Positions 37,168 to 46,833 of a stretch of DNA of 64,000 nucleotides are shown one piece after another; within the stretch, counting starts at the first letter, position 1; each line of letters opens with the position of its first letter. The stretch is taken from contig CAVZSV010000004.1 of the NCBI GenBank assembly GCA_963778115.1, positions 1,088,001 to 1,152,000 of the forward strand. The letters are read 5' to 3'. Made by a program: the position numbers and the translations under genes. A model generated the notes under the pieces. That model searched no databases and was not told the origin of the DNA. It saw only the letters and a program-made list of their open reading frames with translations. The DNA is from an uncultured delta proteobacterium. GTDB lineage: Bacteria > Bdellovibrionota > FAC87 > UBA2466.

Positions 37168-38619
37168 ATGAATCTACTGCCGTCGCCGGTGAACTTCGTA
37201 TGCAGCGTCTCAGGTGATTGGAAATCGCTTCCTCACTTTTGGGAACATACGGTAGGAAGCGGCCACGCGACCCTAGCCCTGAGGGCCGATTGGCAAAAAC
37301 AATTAGTACGGTGTCACCGGGAGTTGGGCTTTCGGCATGTGCGTTTTCACGGAATTCTTTCTGACGACATGGGAACGCTGGTATGTCAGCAGGACAAACT
37401 CGTGTATTCCTTTTTTAACGCCGATCAAATTTGTGAGTTTCTCCTTTCCATTGGAATGCGTCCGTTTATGGAATTATCATTCATGCCCACCACCCTTTCT
37501 TCTGGTTCTGCTACCGTCTTTCATTACCGCGGCAATGTCACTCCCCCCCAGGACTATGCTGCTTGGGAGAAATTGATCTATACCCTCGTTCAACACTGGC
37601 TCACGCGGTACGGTGAAACGGAGGTCACTCAATGGTTTTTCGAAATCTGGAACGAACCTAATCTCAAAGCATTTTGGACCGCGGAACAGTCTGATTATTT
37701 CAGACTCTACCAATATGCGGCGAGGGCTATCAAACGAGTTCACGGCGATTTGAAGGTCGGGGGTCCCGCAACCGCTGACAATGCATGGATCTCGGAGTTT
37801 CTCGCTTTCTGCAAGACCAACGATGCACCGGTGGATTTTATTTCGACCCACCATTATCCCACCGACGATTTTGGAAAACCAGGTGACAACACGAAGATGC
37901 AATTGGCGCAGAGTCGCCGAAGTGTACTGCGCGATGAGGTATCCATCACCAAAAGCAAAGCCCAAAATAAACCTGTGTACTACACCGAGTGGAGCACCTC
38001 CTCAAACCCCTTCGATGAGCTGCACGACCTTCCCTATGCCGCAGCGTTCATCACGAAGACCGTGATGGAAGCGCAGGGCTATGTAGACGGATACAGTTAT
38101 TGGACCTTTTCCGATATCTTTGAAGAGAACTATTTTTCCTCGGTTCCTTTCCATGGTGGCTTTGGCCTTTTGAACATTTACGGAGTTCCTAAGCCTTCTT
38201 ATCGCGCCTATCAGTTACTTCATCACTTGGGCTCCGAGACAAGGAAGGTGGATGGCAACCATCCCACCGTCGACGCTTGGATGACTCGCAAGAACAGAGT
38301 GCTTAAAATAATGCTGACCAATTCAGCCCTACCAACCCATCCCGTAAAATCCGAGCGGTTACAAATTCAATTGACTGACATAGGTCCTGTTAAAACGGCG
38401 TACGTGGAAAGGATAGATGATTCCCACGCTAATGCCCGATCTGCCTGGGCAGAAATGGGACAGCCAAACACGCTTACTCCCGAACAGGTTGAGACGCTCG
38501 AGTCAGCGTCGTCACTAACTCAGCAGCCCATCGAAATCGTCATCGAGAATGGCACGGCACTTGTAGAACTAATGTTGCCTCCTCAAGGAACGGCCTGCCT
38601 TACGTTGGAGCTGCCATGA
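37168..38619 (+). CDS. GH39 beta-xylosidase-like glycoside hydrolase
   Basis: VRFHGIL, FEIWNEPN, YTEWS, YWTFSDIFEE; upstream sigma54 TGGCCTGTCGCTTGCA (GG 37129). Confidence 0.92.
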   Translation: MNLLPSPVNFVCSVSGDWKSLPHFWEHTVGSGHATLALRADWQKQLVRCHRELGFRHVRFHGILSDDMGTLVCQQDKLVYSFFNADQICEFLLSIGMRPFMELSFMPTTLSSGSATVFHYRGNVTPPQDYAAWEKLIYTLVQHWLTRYGETEVTQWFFEIWNEPNLKAFWTAEQSDYFRLYQYAARAIKRVHGDLKVGGPATADNAWISEFLAFCKTNDAPVDFISTHHYPTDDFGKPGDNTKMQLAQSRRSVLRDEVSITKSKAQNKPVYYTEWSTSSNPFDELHDLPYAAAFITKTVMEAQGYVDGYSYWTFSDIFEENYFSSVPFHGGFGLLNIYGVPKPSYRAYQLLHHLGSETRKVDGNHPTVDAWMTRKNRVLKIMLTNSALPTHPVKSERLQIQLTDIGPVKTAYVERIDDSHANARSAWAEMGQPNTLTPEQVETLESASSLTQQPIEIVIENGTALVELMLPPQGTACLTLELP

Positions 38620-39983
38620 ACCGACTTCCCGTCCTCGCACCCGAGGGGACCGACGAAGAGATGCTCGACAATCTGCAGCGGGAGACGTTTTCCTATTTTT
38701 TAAAGGAAACAAATCCTCGAAACGGCTTGATCAAAGACAAGACCCAACCGAAATCGCCTTCTAGCATTGGCGTGATTGGAATGGGTTTGAGTGTGTACGT
38801 CGTCGGGGTGGAAAGGGGTCTGTTCTCGCGGAAAGAGGCAGTCGCAAGAACCCTAACCATTTTGAGATTCTTTCATAGAAGTTCTCAGTCCAAGAAAGCG
38901 GATGCCACGGGATACAAGGGTTTTTTTTATCACTTTCTGGATATGCGGACGGGTCGTCGGGCTTGGGAGTGCGAATTATCGACCATAGACACCGCCTTTT
39001 TGATGGCGGGAATGCTAACCGCGGCCCAATATTTTACGAACGATACCGACAGTGAAAAAGAAATTCGTGAATTAGCGGATACCCTCTATCGGCAAGTGGA
39101 TTGGAAATGGGCTTTGAACGGCCGATCTACTCTTACCCATGGCTGGAAGCCCGAGACAGGTTTTCTATCGAATCGTTGGGACACCGGATACAGCGAGGCA
39201 CTGATCCTTTATGCGCTCGCTTTGGGATCTCCTTCTCATTCGATTTCAAAGAAGGGATACACTGACTGGACTTCCACTTTTGAATGGAAAAAAGTCTATG
39301 GAATTGAGTATTGGTATGCCGGTCCTCTATTCATCCATCAAATGTCGCATTTATGGATTGCTTTCAAGGACATTAAAGACGGCATTAACAGAAAATTTGG
39401 GATCGATTATTTTGAAAATAGTCGCCGGGCGACCTACGTCCACCGGCAGTATGCCATTCAAAATCCTTTGAAATTTCCCCATTATGGGAAAAATGGCTGG
39501 GGATTTACGGCAAGTGACGGGCCCGGTCCCGCAAAGATCGAAGTCGATGGGATTCCGCGGGAATTTTTTAACTATATCGCTCGCGGAGCGCCCTTTGGTC
39601 CAGACGACGGAACCATCGCTCCCTGGGCGGTGACGGCATCACTTCCCTTTGCACCTGAAATTGTCGTCGCGACGATTCGTCATGCGATTGAACGACTTGA
39701 GTTAAAAAATCATAAGCATTACGGCTTTGACGCAAGTTTTAATGCAGCCTTTCCAAAGAAAGGCCCCAATCGCCACGGTTGGGTATCGCCGTGGCGGTTC
39801 GGACTCAACGAAGCTCCCATTGTGCTGATGCTTGAAAATTATCGCTCAGGCTTAATTTGGGGACTGGTAAAGAAATGCCCCTATATTTCAAAGGGTCTTC
39901 GTCGAGCAGGATTTACGGGAGGCTGGCTTGAACGCAAATCTAGCCACTCGAAAGGAAAAAATGAAAACCGCTCTAAAAGATAA
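38616..39983 (+). CDS. Glucoamylase-family (GH144-like) glycoside hydrolase
   Basis: GFFYHF, ELSTIDTA, GYSEA, GPLFIHQ, WGFTASDGP, DDGTIAP. Confidence 0.85.
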   Translation: MNRLPVLAPEGTDEEMLDNLQRETFSYFLKETNPRNGLIKDKTQPKSPSSIGVIGMGLSVYVVGVERGLFSRKEAVARTLTILRFFHRSSQSKKADATGYKGFFYHFLDMRTGRRAWECELSTIDTAFLMAGMLTAAQYFTNDTDSEKEIRELADTLYRQVDWKWALNGRSTLTHGWKPETGFLSNRWDTGYSEALILYALALGSPSHSISKKGYTDWTSTFEWKKVYGIEYWYAGPLFIHQMSHLWIAFKDIKDGINRKFGIDYFENSRRATYVHRQYAIQNPLKFPHYGKNGWGFTASDGPGPAKIEVDGIPREFFNYIARGAPFGPDDGTIAPWAVTASLPFAPEIVVATIRHAIERLELKNHKHYGFDASFNAAFPKKGPNRHGWVSPWRFGLNEAPIVLMLENYRSGLIWGLVKKCPYISKGLRRAGFTGGWLERKSSHSKGKNENRSKR

Positions 39984-40959
39984 AGTCGTGGTGATAACGG
40001 GTGCTTCGGCAGGCCTAGGTAGAGCTATAAGTCGTGCCTTTGGGGCGCACGGAGCGAAAGTGGGGCTAATAGCTCGAGGAGAAGACGGCCTAAAGGCAAC
40101 CGTTGCGGACGTTGAGAGACTAGGAGGAAGAGCTATCGGCATTTCAGCCGATGTCGCCGATTCCATCCAAGTGGAGAAAGCCGGCGAACAGATCGAAAAC
40201 GCGTGGGGACCCATCGACATTTGGGTGAACAACGCGATGGTCTCTGTTTTTTCTCCGGCGCACGAAATGGAACCGGACGAATATAAACGCGTCACGGAAG
40301 TTACGTATTTAGGAACCGTTTACGGAACCATTACCGCTCTAAAACAGATGCGAAAGCGGAACCGTGGCCATATCATTCAGGTCGGCTCGGCGCTAGCGTA
40401 CCGCGGAATTCCTCTTCAATCAGCATACTGCGGTTCAAAACATGCCATCCGAGGGTTTACCGATGCCGTTAGGACCGAGATTCTCCACGACAAATTAGCT
40501 ATTCGAATATCGATGGTGCAAATGCCCGCGATGAATACGATTCAATTCAGTTGGGTCAAGTCTCGACTGCCGAACAAACCCCAACCCGTTCCCCCCATTT
40601 ATGAGCCCGAAATCGCGGCTAAAGCGATCGTCTGGATTGCCCAGCATTATCGTAGAGAAATGAAGATTGGTTGGATCACTGACGTCGTGGTAATCGGAAA
40701 CAAGATCTTTCCTGGCTTAGGGGATCGTTACCTCGCTCATCAGGGATACTAATCTCAACAAACAAACGAACCCGTATCCCCCGCACGGCGGGACAATCTT
40801 TGGGAGCCTGTCCCTGGAGATCACGGCGCCCGCGGCCCCTTTGATGAGAGGTCCTACAAACATAGTCTGCTCCTTTGGTTTACGACGCATCGACTAGCAG
40901 TGCTCACAGGGGTGGCGCTTGCGGCCGCTGCGGTGTTGATCACTTGTTATCTAATTTAA
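39961..40959 (+). pseudogene. SDR oxidoreductase with internal stop at 40750-40752
   Basis: TGASAGLG, YCGSK; after the TAA the same frame continues SQQTNEP...DNLWEPVPGDHGARGPFD to a TM tail. Confidence 0.8.
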
Positions 40960-41074
40960 TGCAGAGGGAAACGAAACGGTTGAGCGAAAATTTAGATGTC
41001 GTCGATAGTGACAAAGCTAGTTAACAGGCTTAGTTTCGCCACGATGGTAGATGTTGAACTGTGACAGTTAAGGA

Positions 41075-41617
41075 GTGGATATGAAAAAAGTAGCGTGGTC
41101 TCTGGTTTTCCTCTCTTCCCTTTGCGCTTACGGAGCAAAGGTGAGTCATCCTCAGTGCCAAGACGTGGTCGACATCCAAGAAAAGGTTACTCCCGAATAT
41201 TTGGCCGTCCTCGATGGTTATAATAAAGCGGGCAAAGAAGTAAACGAAGTCGATCTTGGCGGCATTGTCAGCGAATCCGATAAGGTAAAGAAAGAGTGTC
41301 AATCGAACAAAACAGCCAAGGTAGACACCGTTCGTAAAAACGTTGCTAAGAACGCGGCGAAGACTCCAGTAGATTCGAAGACGGTAATCGCCCCAACCAA
41401 AGCGAAGTGCGAAGACTTCCTCGCTCTGGAAGAACGCGTGCAACCCGTGGCAGCCTATTGGGTGGCCGGACATTCAAAGTCTGGCCAAGTGAAAAAGGGC
41501 GAAGTCGACGAAATCTTCCTCGAACGGCCGGTCGCGGCGCTTATTGAGGAGTGTAAGGCCACCCCAACGGCATCCTTCTACGACAAAGCGAAAGCCTGGA
41601 TAAAAAAGCACACCTAA
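41075..41617 (+). CDS. Secreted protein with two tandem HdeA/HdeB-like domains
   Basis: Signal peptide; CQDVVDI...GYNK...KECQ and KCEDFLAL...YWVAGHSK...EECKATPTASF. Confidence 0.65.
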   Translation: MDMKKVAWSLVFLSSLCAYGAKVSHPQCQDVVDIQEKVTPEYLAVLDGYNKAGKEVNEVDLGGIVSESDKVKKECQSNKTAKVDTVRKNVAKNAAKTPVDSKTVIAPTKAKCEDFLALEERVQPVAAYWVAGHSKSGQVKKGEVDEIFLERPVAALIEECKATPTASFYDKAKAWIKKHT

Positions 41618-41623
41618 GAAATA

Positions 41624-41703
41624 GGGGTCACTCTCCTTTCAGACAAAAAAATACGGGTTATCTCTCGGAACGATGACTCGAGCGCTAAAAGGAGAGTGAC
41701 TCC
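41624..41703. repeat. REP-like inverted repeat, same family as the IS target
   Basis: GGGGTCACTCTCCTTT (41624-41639) / AAAGGAGAGTGACTCC (41688-41703). Confidence 0.7.
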
Positions 41704-41753
41704 TGACACTCACCTGGCACTGCTTCTCGCCCGAAAAGTGAATGGGTATTTTT

Positions 41754-42320
41754 CTAACGCGCGGCTTCAAGGAAAGCATCGGTTGTGACGACAGTGGCTT
41801 GGACCGGGAAGACTTTTTCCGTAAGGACACGATGCACTTCCCCGTCTCGGTCGAAGCAGGCGTCTTTAAGAATGATGCTTTTGAAATCTAAATCGAACGC
41901 ACGCCTAATCGTCGAAAGTACAATTCCGCTCGTTGAAATGCCGAAAAAAACAAGATTCTCGATTCGGCGCGCACGAAGAATCAAATGGAGATCGTTTTCG
42001 GAAAAGGCCCCAACCCGTTGTTTATGGACGATGAGGTCTTCCGGTCGAATGACAGAGCTATCGAATTCGGAGGAAGGAGTTCCTTTTACGAACAGATTAT
42101 TCTGCTTCACTTTCTGAAAAAGAGTTTCCGTGTCGGGAAGTTCTGGATGGCCCTTAGAAAACCCAAGCCCTACGTGGATAATAAGAAATTGCTTTTCTCG
42201 TGCGAACTCAACTGCTTTAGCGGCGTTGGGTAGAATCGATTCAGCCCCGGCAGCCATCCCGATAATCCCCTTTTGAAGATCCAAGGTGAGTAGTGCCGTT
42301 TTCTTCGGATCAAGATTCAT
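41754..42320 (-). CDS. Isochorismatase family hydrolase
   Basis: TALLTLDLQ, KQRVGAF, GISTSGIVLST. Confidence 0.9.
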   Translation of the reverse strand: MNLDPKKTALLTLDLQKGIIGMAAGAESILPNAAKAVEFAREKQFLIIHVGLGFSKGHPELPDTETLFQKVKQNNLFVKGTPSSEFDSSVIRPEDLIVHKQRVGAFSENDLHLILRARRIENLVFFGISTSGIVLSTIRRAFDLDFKSIILKDACFDRDGEVHRVLTEKVFPVQATVVTTDAFLEAAR

Positions 42321-42487
42321 GTGTCCTCGGCAGTAACCTTACCAGTAAACTCCCTTAAAGGGCCGTAGAGAGCATCGAATCAGAAAACGCGTGAACTTTG
42401 CAGTGGCTACTTAAGTTAGAGTCTGTCGCCCTCCGATGCCTCTTTATCGGAAGGCGACAGAACTTCCCTAGCTCCCAACCCAGAAAT

Positions 42488-42985
42488 TTATTGGGATGTA
42501 ATGCGAAAGGCGCAACGGCGATTCTTCGCCCAGGCTTCTTCGTCGTGGCCGGAATCAATAGGATGATCTTTGCCGAAGCTTTCCACCGCCACTCGCTTAC
42601 CGTGAATGCCGTGAGAGACGAGATAATGCTTAACCGCTTGCGCGCGTTCGTTACCGAGCTTCATATTAAACTCCTCGGAACCTCGCTCGTCGCAATTACC
42701 CTCGGCCTTTATGGTCACCTTTGCGTGGGCCTTTTGTTTAAGCCAACTAACGTTCTTTCGAAGCAGTTTTTTGGCCGTGGAAGATAGCGCGGCACTATTG
42801 TAATCAAAGTGAACTGTCTCAAGATCGTTTTGTTCATCCGTATAGGCGGGAGCCTCAGTTGGGGGTGATGCCGATACCGCTTCAGGCGGCGTTTCTGTCT
42901 TAACGTCTTTCTTTCCGCAAGAGGAAGTGAACATTACAAGACTCAGAGAAGTTATCAGTACGGGGAATCCAATTCTAAATTTCAA
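42488..42985 (-). CDS. pal: Pal/OmpA-family peptidoglycan-associated lipoprotein
   Basis: Lipobox TSSC; VHFDYN, EGNCDERGS, LGNERA, AWAKNRR; TTG start after GGAGG. Confidence 0.85.
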   Translation of the reverse strand: MKFRIGFPVLITSLSLVMFTSSCGKKDVKTETPPEAVSASPPTEAPAYTDEQNDLETVHFDYNSAALSSTAKKLLRKNVSWLKQKAHAKVTIKAEGNCDERGSEEFNMKLGNERAQAVKHYLVSHGIHGKRVAVESFGKDHPIDSGHDEEAWAKNRRCAFRITSQ

Positions 42986-43169
42986 AGCATAGCCTCCAGT
43001 AAAAAATTTCTCTACGATCGTAACCATTTGCAACTCGAGTTTCGAGATCTTTCCGTTGTCTAAGAAAATTTTAATCTCCTCTTCACCTCAAACTTATCCC
43101 GTTTAGATACCGTTTCTTCAGGATCGCGTCTTAACGACGCGAGAAAAACAAAGATAGAAGGAGAAAGTA

Positions 43170-43370
43170 ATGAAATTAGGCTTAGTAGCGATTGCTTTGG
43201 TGGGGATGTGCTTTGCCCCTAATGTATTTGCGGATACTACGACTAATGCAAAGAGAGTGGCTTTCAAAGAGGCTAAGGCTGAATGTCTAAAAGAAAATGC
43301 CAGCCTGAAAGGAAGCGCGCTACGAAAATGCATCCATGAGAAACGACAGGTTGCCAGTTCCAAAAACTAG
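43170..43370 (+). CDS. Small secreted PsiF-like protein
   Basis: Signal peptide; ECLKE...LKGSALRKCI. Confidence 0.6.
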   Translation: MKLGLVAIALVGMCFAPNVFADTTTNAKRVAFKEAKAECLKENASLKGSALRKCIHEKRQVASSKN

Positions 43371-43383
43371 TATAGGGCGAACT

Positions 43384-43409
43384 CCAGGCCCACACTTTGA
43401 TGGGCCTGG
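43384..43409. terminator. Hairpin terminator between convergent genes
   Basis: CCAGGCCCA...TGGGCCTGG followed by GTGTTTT. Confidence 0.6.
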
Positions 43410-43433
43410 GTGTTTTCCTATATTTGCGAATTT

Positions 43434-43832
43434 TTAGCGTTTAATCTGGGGAACTTCCGACGCCATCGCCGTACGGCTTAGATTTTCTAGATAATTCACA
43501 ACCGCGTCACGATAGTCGCTATAAGCTTTTGCAATTTCCTCAGTGGCCTTTTCTAAAACCTCCGAAACGGGGTGATAGCGGTAACGATAGAGAGGCCCGG
43601 CCGAACGAGGATGGGCGAGCAGACCATTCATATGCAACGAAAATAGTCGCTTACCCGCCGCGATAATCTCAATCCGTAAATGCTCCTGTACTTCGGCGGC
43701 ACTCCATTCCTTAGTGGAATTAGCGCGCAGCAGGAATAACACCTCGAGATCCTCGGCACTTTGGATACATTCGGCCAAAAATAGCTGTGCCTCCTGGGAA
43801 AACTTCGGAGTCGAATCCATCTTTCGTTCCAT
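43434..43832 (-). CDS. Hypothetical wHTH-like protein
   Basis: CIQSAEDLEVLFLLR...WSAAEV. Confidence 0.6.
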   Translation of the reverse strand: MERKMDSTPKFSQEAQLFLAECIQSAEDLEVLFLLRANSTKEWSAAEVQEHLRIEIIAAGKRLFSLHMNGLLAHPRSAGPLYRYRYHPVSEVLEKATEEIAKAYSDYRDAVVNYLENLSRTAMASEVPQIKR

Positions 43833-43852
43833 AATTCTACTCTTAGCAACAG

Positions 43853-44380
43853 CTAGTTAGATTGGCTTAGATGCGAGGAAACCAGACTCGATTCGGCCCT
43901 ACGATTCTTTGCCCAGGCGGCTTCATCATGGCCATCCGCCACAGGACGCTCGCTTCCGTAACTGATCGTACTTAATCTAGAAGTATCCACCCCAAGATTC
44001 TTAAGGTAGTTCTTTACGGCATTCGCCCGGCGATCTCCCAAAGCGAGATTATATTGCACGGATCCCCTTTCATCGCAGTTTCCCTCGATCTGGATGGAAG
44101 CGGTCGGGTGATCTTTCAACCACACATAGCTCTTTTTGAGAACGTTTCGCGCCTCCTTTGTCAGAGTCGCGGCATCGTACGGAAAGTAAACCGTTTGTAA
44201 GTCGCTTATTTTTCCGGAGCCAAATCCGTTATCATTCGAGGCCACCGCGGTTCCGTCCGCGGGAGTCGCCGAGGCATCCGTCTTGGCCGACTTAGACGAA
44301 CAAGCCGAGAGTCCCAAAAGTAAAAACGTTACGCCACATAATAATGAAGTGATTCTGGGAAAAATAAATTCGCGTTTCAT
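43853..44380 (-). CDS. pal: Pal/OmpA-family peptidoglycan-associated lipoprotein, second copy
   Basis: Lipobox LSAC; VYFPYD, IEGNCDERGS, LGDRRA, ISYG, AWAKNRR. Confidence 0.88.
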   Translation of the reverse strand: MKREFIFPRITSLLCGVTFLLLGLSACSSKSAKTDASATPADGTAVASNDNGFGSGKISDLQTVYFPYDAATLTKEARNVLKKSYVWLKDHPTASIQIEGNCDERGSVQYNLALGDRRANAVKNYLKNLGVDTSRLSTISYGSERPVADGHDEAAWAKNRRAESSLVSSHLSQSN

Positions 44381-44484
44381 AAAACTCCTTTTGATGAGCG
44401 GGTGAACAATCAGCGATCGCCGAAAATCACGGCCCTACAACTATAATCTTAGCGCGTCGGCCTAAAGTAGGGATGAAAGCGTTA

Positions 44485-45951
44485 TTAAATTTTTCTTAAC
44501 TGAACGGTAAAGGAAGCTCCCTTACCCGGTTGGCTATCCACGAGGATGGTCCCTCCGTGGAGATTGCTGATTTTCTTGGCAATTGCCAATCCCAAACCAG
44601 CGCCGGAAATGGTGTTCGATTTTCCAGGCTCGCGCCAAAAGCGATCAAATATGACTGATTTCTCAGTCTCGGTAATTCCATGCCCCTGATCAACAACTCG
44701 GAACAAGAAGAGATCCTTATCCTCTGTCAGATGCACCGTTACCGCACCACCGTCCAAGCTGTACTTGATCGCATTCTCGATCAAATTTTCCATCAGGCAA
44801 CGCAGCAGATCGGCATCGCCTCCCATTTCGAAGTCGATTCGCCCCCGGGGCTGATCGGAGTAGGGTTCGAGGCGCCAACTTAACTTAATCGACCGTTGCT
44901 TGGCTACGTATTGCAATCGCATCACCGCTTCGGAAAGCAACTCGTCAAGTCGTACCGGCTGAAAGGAAATTGTCCCAAGGCCTGCGTCCATTCTAGCCAG
45001 AAGAAGCAGGTTCTCCACCAAGCGAATGAGTTTGGTAACTTCCTGAGAAGCGCTTTTTAGGCCCTCGGCTAGCTCCCTAGGCTGGCCTGGCCCGGCCTGA
45101 AGCAGCTCCAGCTCTCCACGAAGAATGGCGAGTGGTGTTTTTAGTTGATGAGAGGCATCGGCAATAAAACGCTCCTGAGCTGAAAACGATTGTTCTATCC
45201 GATCGAGGAGCTGATTTAGCGTCTTGCCCAATTCCTTAAGCTCGGCATCTCCCTCTCTCACCTCAATACGATCCTTTAGATTACTGACTTCGATCTGGGC
45301 AGTCTTTTGAATCATGGTCACTACAGGAGAAAAGGCCCGACGAGAAGCGATGTAACCCAAGGCACCCGCTACTAGGATCGCACAGGGGATCAGCCCAAAG
45401 AGCATTCGAAGAAACTGAGAGTTACTCTTCTCCAAGAGGGTAAGAGGAGCCGCTATCTGTAAATACATAGGGACCGTGGCTCCCTCGATTCGATAAGAAA
45501 TTAAACGATAGGACTTTCCCAAGCGGTAGATATCTCGAAACGAGACTCCGGTGCGCAGGATCTCCTGTCGATCCTCCGGCGTGAACGGCAGAGGCTGCGC
45601 TCTTTCCAAGTTCTCCGACTGTGCGATAACCTTTCCTTGGGCATCGCTCAATTGACGATAGGTATCGCTGACCAAAAAAAGACGGCGCTTTCGCAGCTCT
45701 AACGGGGGATCAGTCAATATAGGGGAAATATCGGATAGCCGGGCTGGAAGATTACTCGCCACATCGATGGTATGGTTATAAAGGAAGGAATCGAACTCTC
45801 CGAATTGCGTCCGGGTGAAGACTTTAAAAGAGATAAAACTCGTAGCAACTAGGCCAATGCCAAATACAATGCAGAAAAGTACACTGAGCCTAGCCCTGAT
45901 GCTATCAGGGAAAAAAAACTGAAATCGTTTTGTATTAGCCCTCGGCATCAT
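44485..45951 (-). CDS. HAMP sensor histidine kinase (CusS/QseC-like)
   Basis: Two TMs, DASHQLKTPL, NLIENAIKY, GAGLGLAI. Confidence 0.93.
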   Translation of the reverse strand: MMPRANTKRFQFFFPDSIRARLSVLFCIVFGIGLVATSFISFKVFTRTQFGEFDSFLYNHTIDVASNLPARLSDISPILTDPPLELRKRRLFLVSDTYRQLSDAQGKVIAQSENLERAQPLPFTPEDRQEILRTGVSFRDIYRLGKSYRLISYRIEGATVPMYLQIAAPLTLLEKSNSQFLRMLFGLIPCAILVAGALGYIASRRAFSPVVTMIQKTAQIEVSNLKDRIEVREGDAELKELGKTLNQLLDRIEQSFSAQERFIADASHQLKTPLAILRGELELLQAGPGQPRELAEGLKSASQEVTKLIRLVENLLLLARMDAGLGTISFQPVRLDELLSEAVMRLQYVAKQRSIKLSWRLEPYSDQPRGRIDFEMGGDADLLRCLMENLIENAIKYSLDGGAVTVHLTEDKDLFLFRVVDQGHGITETEKSVIFDRFWREPGKSNTISGAGLGLAIAKKISNLHGGTILVDSQPGKGASFTVQLRKI

Positions 45952-46624
45952 CGGAGAGTAGATAGCCCACGCCGATCACCGTTTGTATCAGTTTGCGCTT
46001 ACCTTCAATTTCTATTTTTTTTCTAAGCGTATTCACATACACATCGATAACATTGCTCTCACTATCGTAATGCATATCCCAAACACTCTCAGCGATGGTG
46101 GCTCTGCTGACCTGTCTCCCTGCATTTCGCAGCAGAAATTCGAGCAATGAAAACTCTTTTTGAGTCAGCTGAATTTTTTGCCCCGCCCGAGTCACAGAGC
46201 GTGAGATCAGGTTCATTTCAAGATCAGCGACTCTAAGGGTAGTGTTGGTCCCTGCTTTCCCCGCCCCCGAACGCCGGAGAAGCGCTCGTATCCGGGCGCA
46301 TAATTCTTCGAAATCGAAGGGCTTGGCGAGATAGTCGTCGGCTCCCGCATCAAGACCGTGGACACGATCTTTCGTCCCAGAAAGGGCGGTTAACATTAAG
46401 ATAGGCCCTTCGTAACCGTCCGTTCGTAGATGGCGTGCCGTATCGATGCCGTTTTGATCGGGAAGCATGATGTCTAGTACGATGAGATCGTAGCGATTCG
46501 CCGCCGCAAGACTTTCCGCCGCTCCGGCACTCTCCGCTAAATCGACCGCATATCCGGCCTGGGTGAGACCTTTTTTTATATAGCTGGCAAGTTTGCGCTG
46601 GTCCTCTACTACCAGTAGCCTCAT
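45935..46624 (-). CDS. OmpR-family response regulator (CusR/CzcR-like)
   Basis: MRLLVVED, LDIMLP, GADDYLAKPF, NVIDVYV, TVIGVGY. Confidence 0.95.
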   Translation of the reverse strand: MRLLVVEDQRKLASYIKKGLTQAGYAVDLAESAGAAESLAAANRYDLIVLDIMLPDQNGIDTARHLRTDGYEGPILMLTALSGTKDRVHGLDAGADDYLAKPFDFEELCARIRALLRRSGAGKAGTNTTLRVADLEMNLISRSVTRAGQKIQLTQKEFSLLEFLLRNAGRQVSRATIAESVWDMHYDSESNVIDVYVNTLRKKIEIEGKRKLIQTVIGVGYLLSDDAEG

Positions 46625-46833
46625 GTCCGCCTCCGGCACCTTCAAATCCCAATGACTCCGCATCCTATCTCACCTCTCGTTTAGGGTAAATGACGTAGCT
46701 AAAATGCGGATGAGAGGAAGATTAGAATTTCCTAACTCCAGGGGTAAGCATTCAATCGCATGGCGCACAAAGACAATAAGTCGGGAAGAGATCTTTTCCT
46801 GCGATACCCGTTTTTTCCGCCGAAAGGCGGCAC

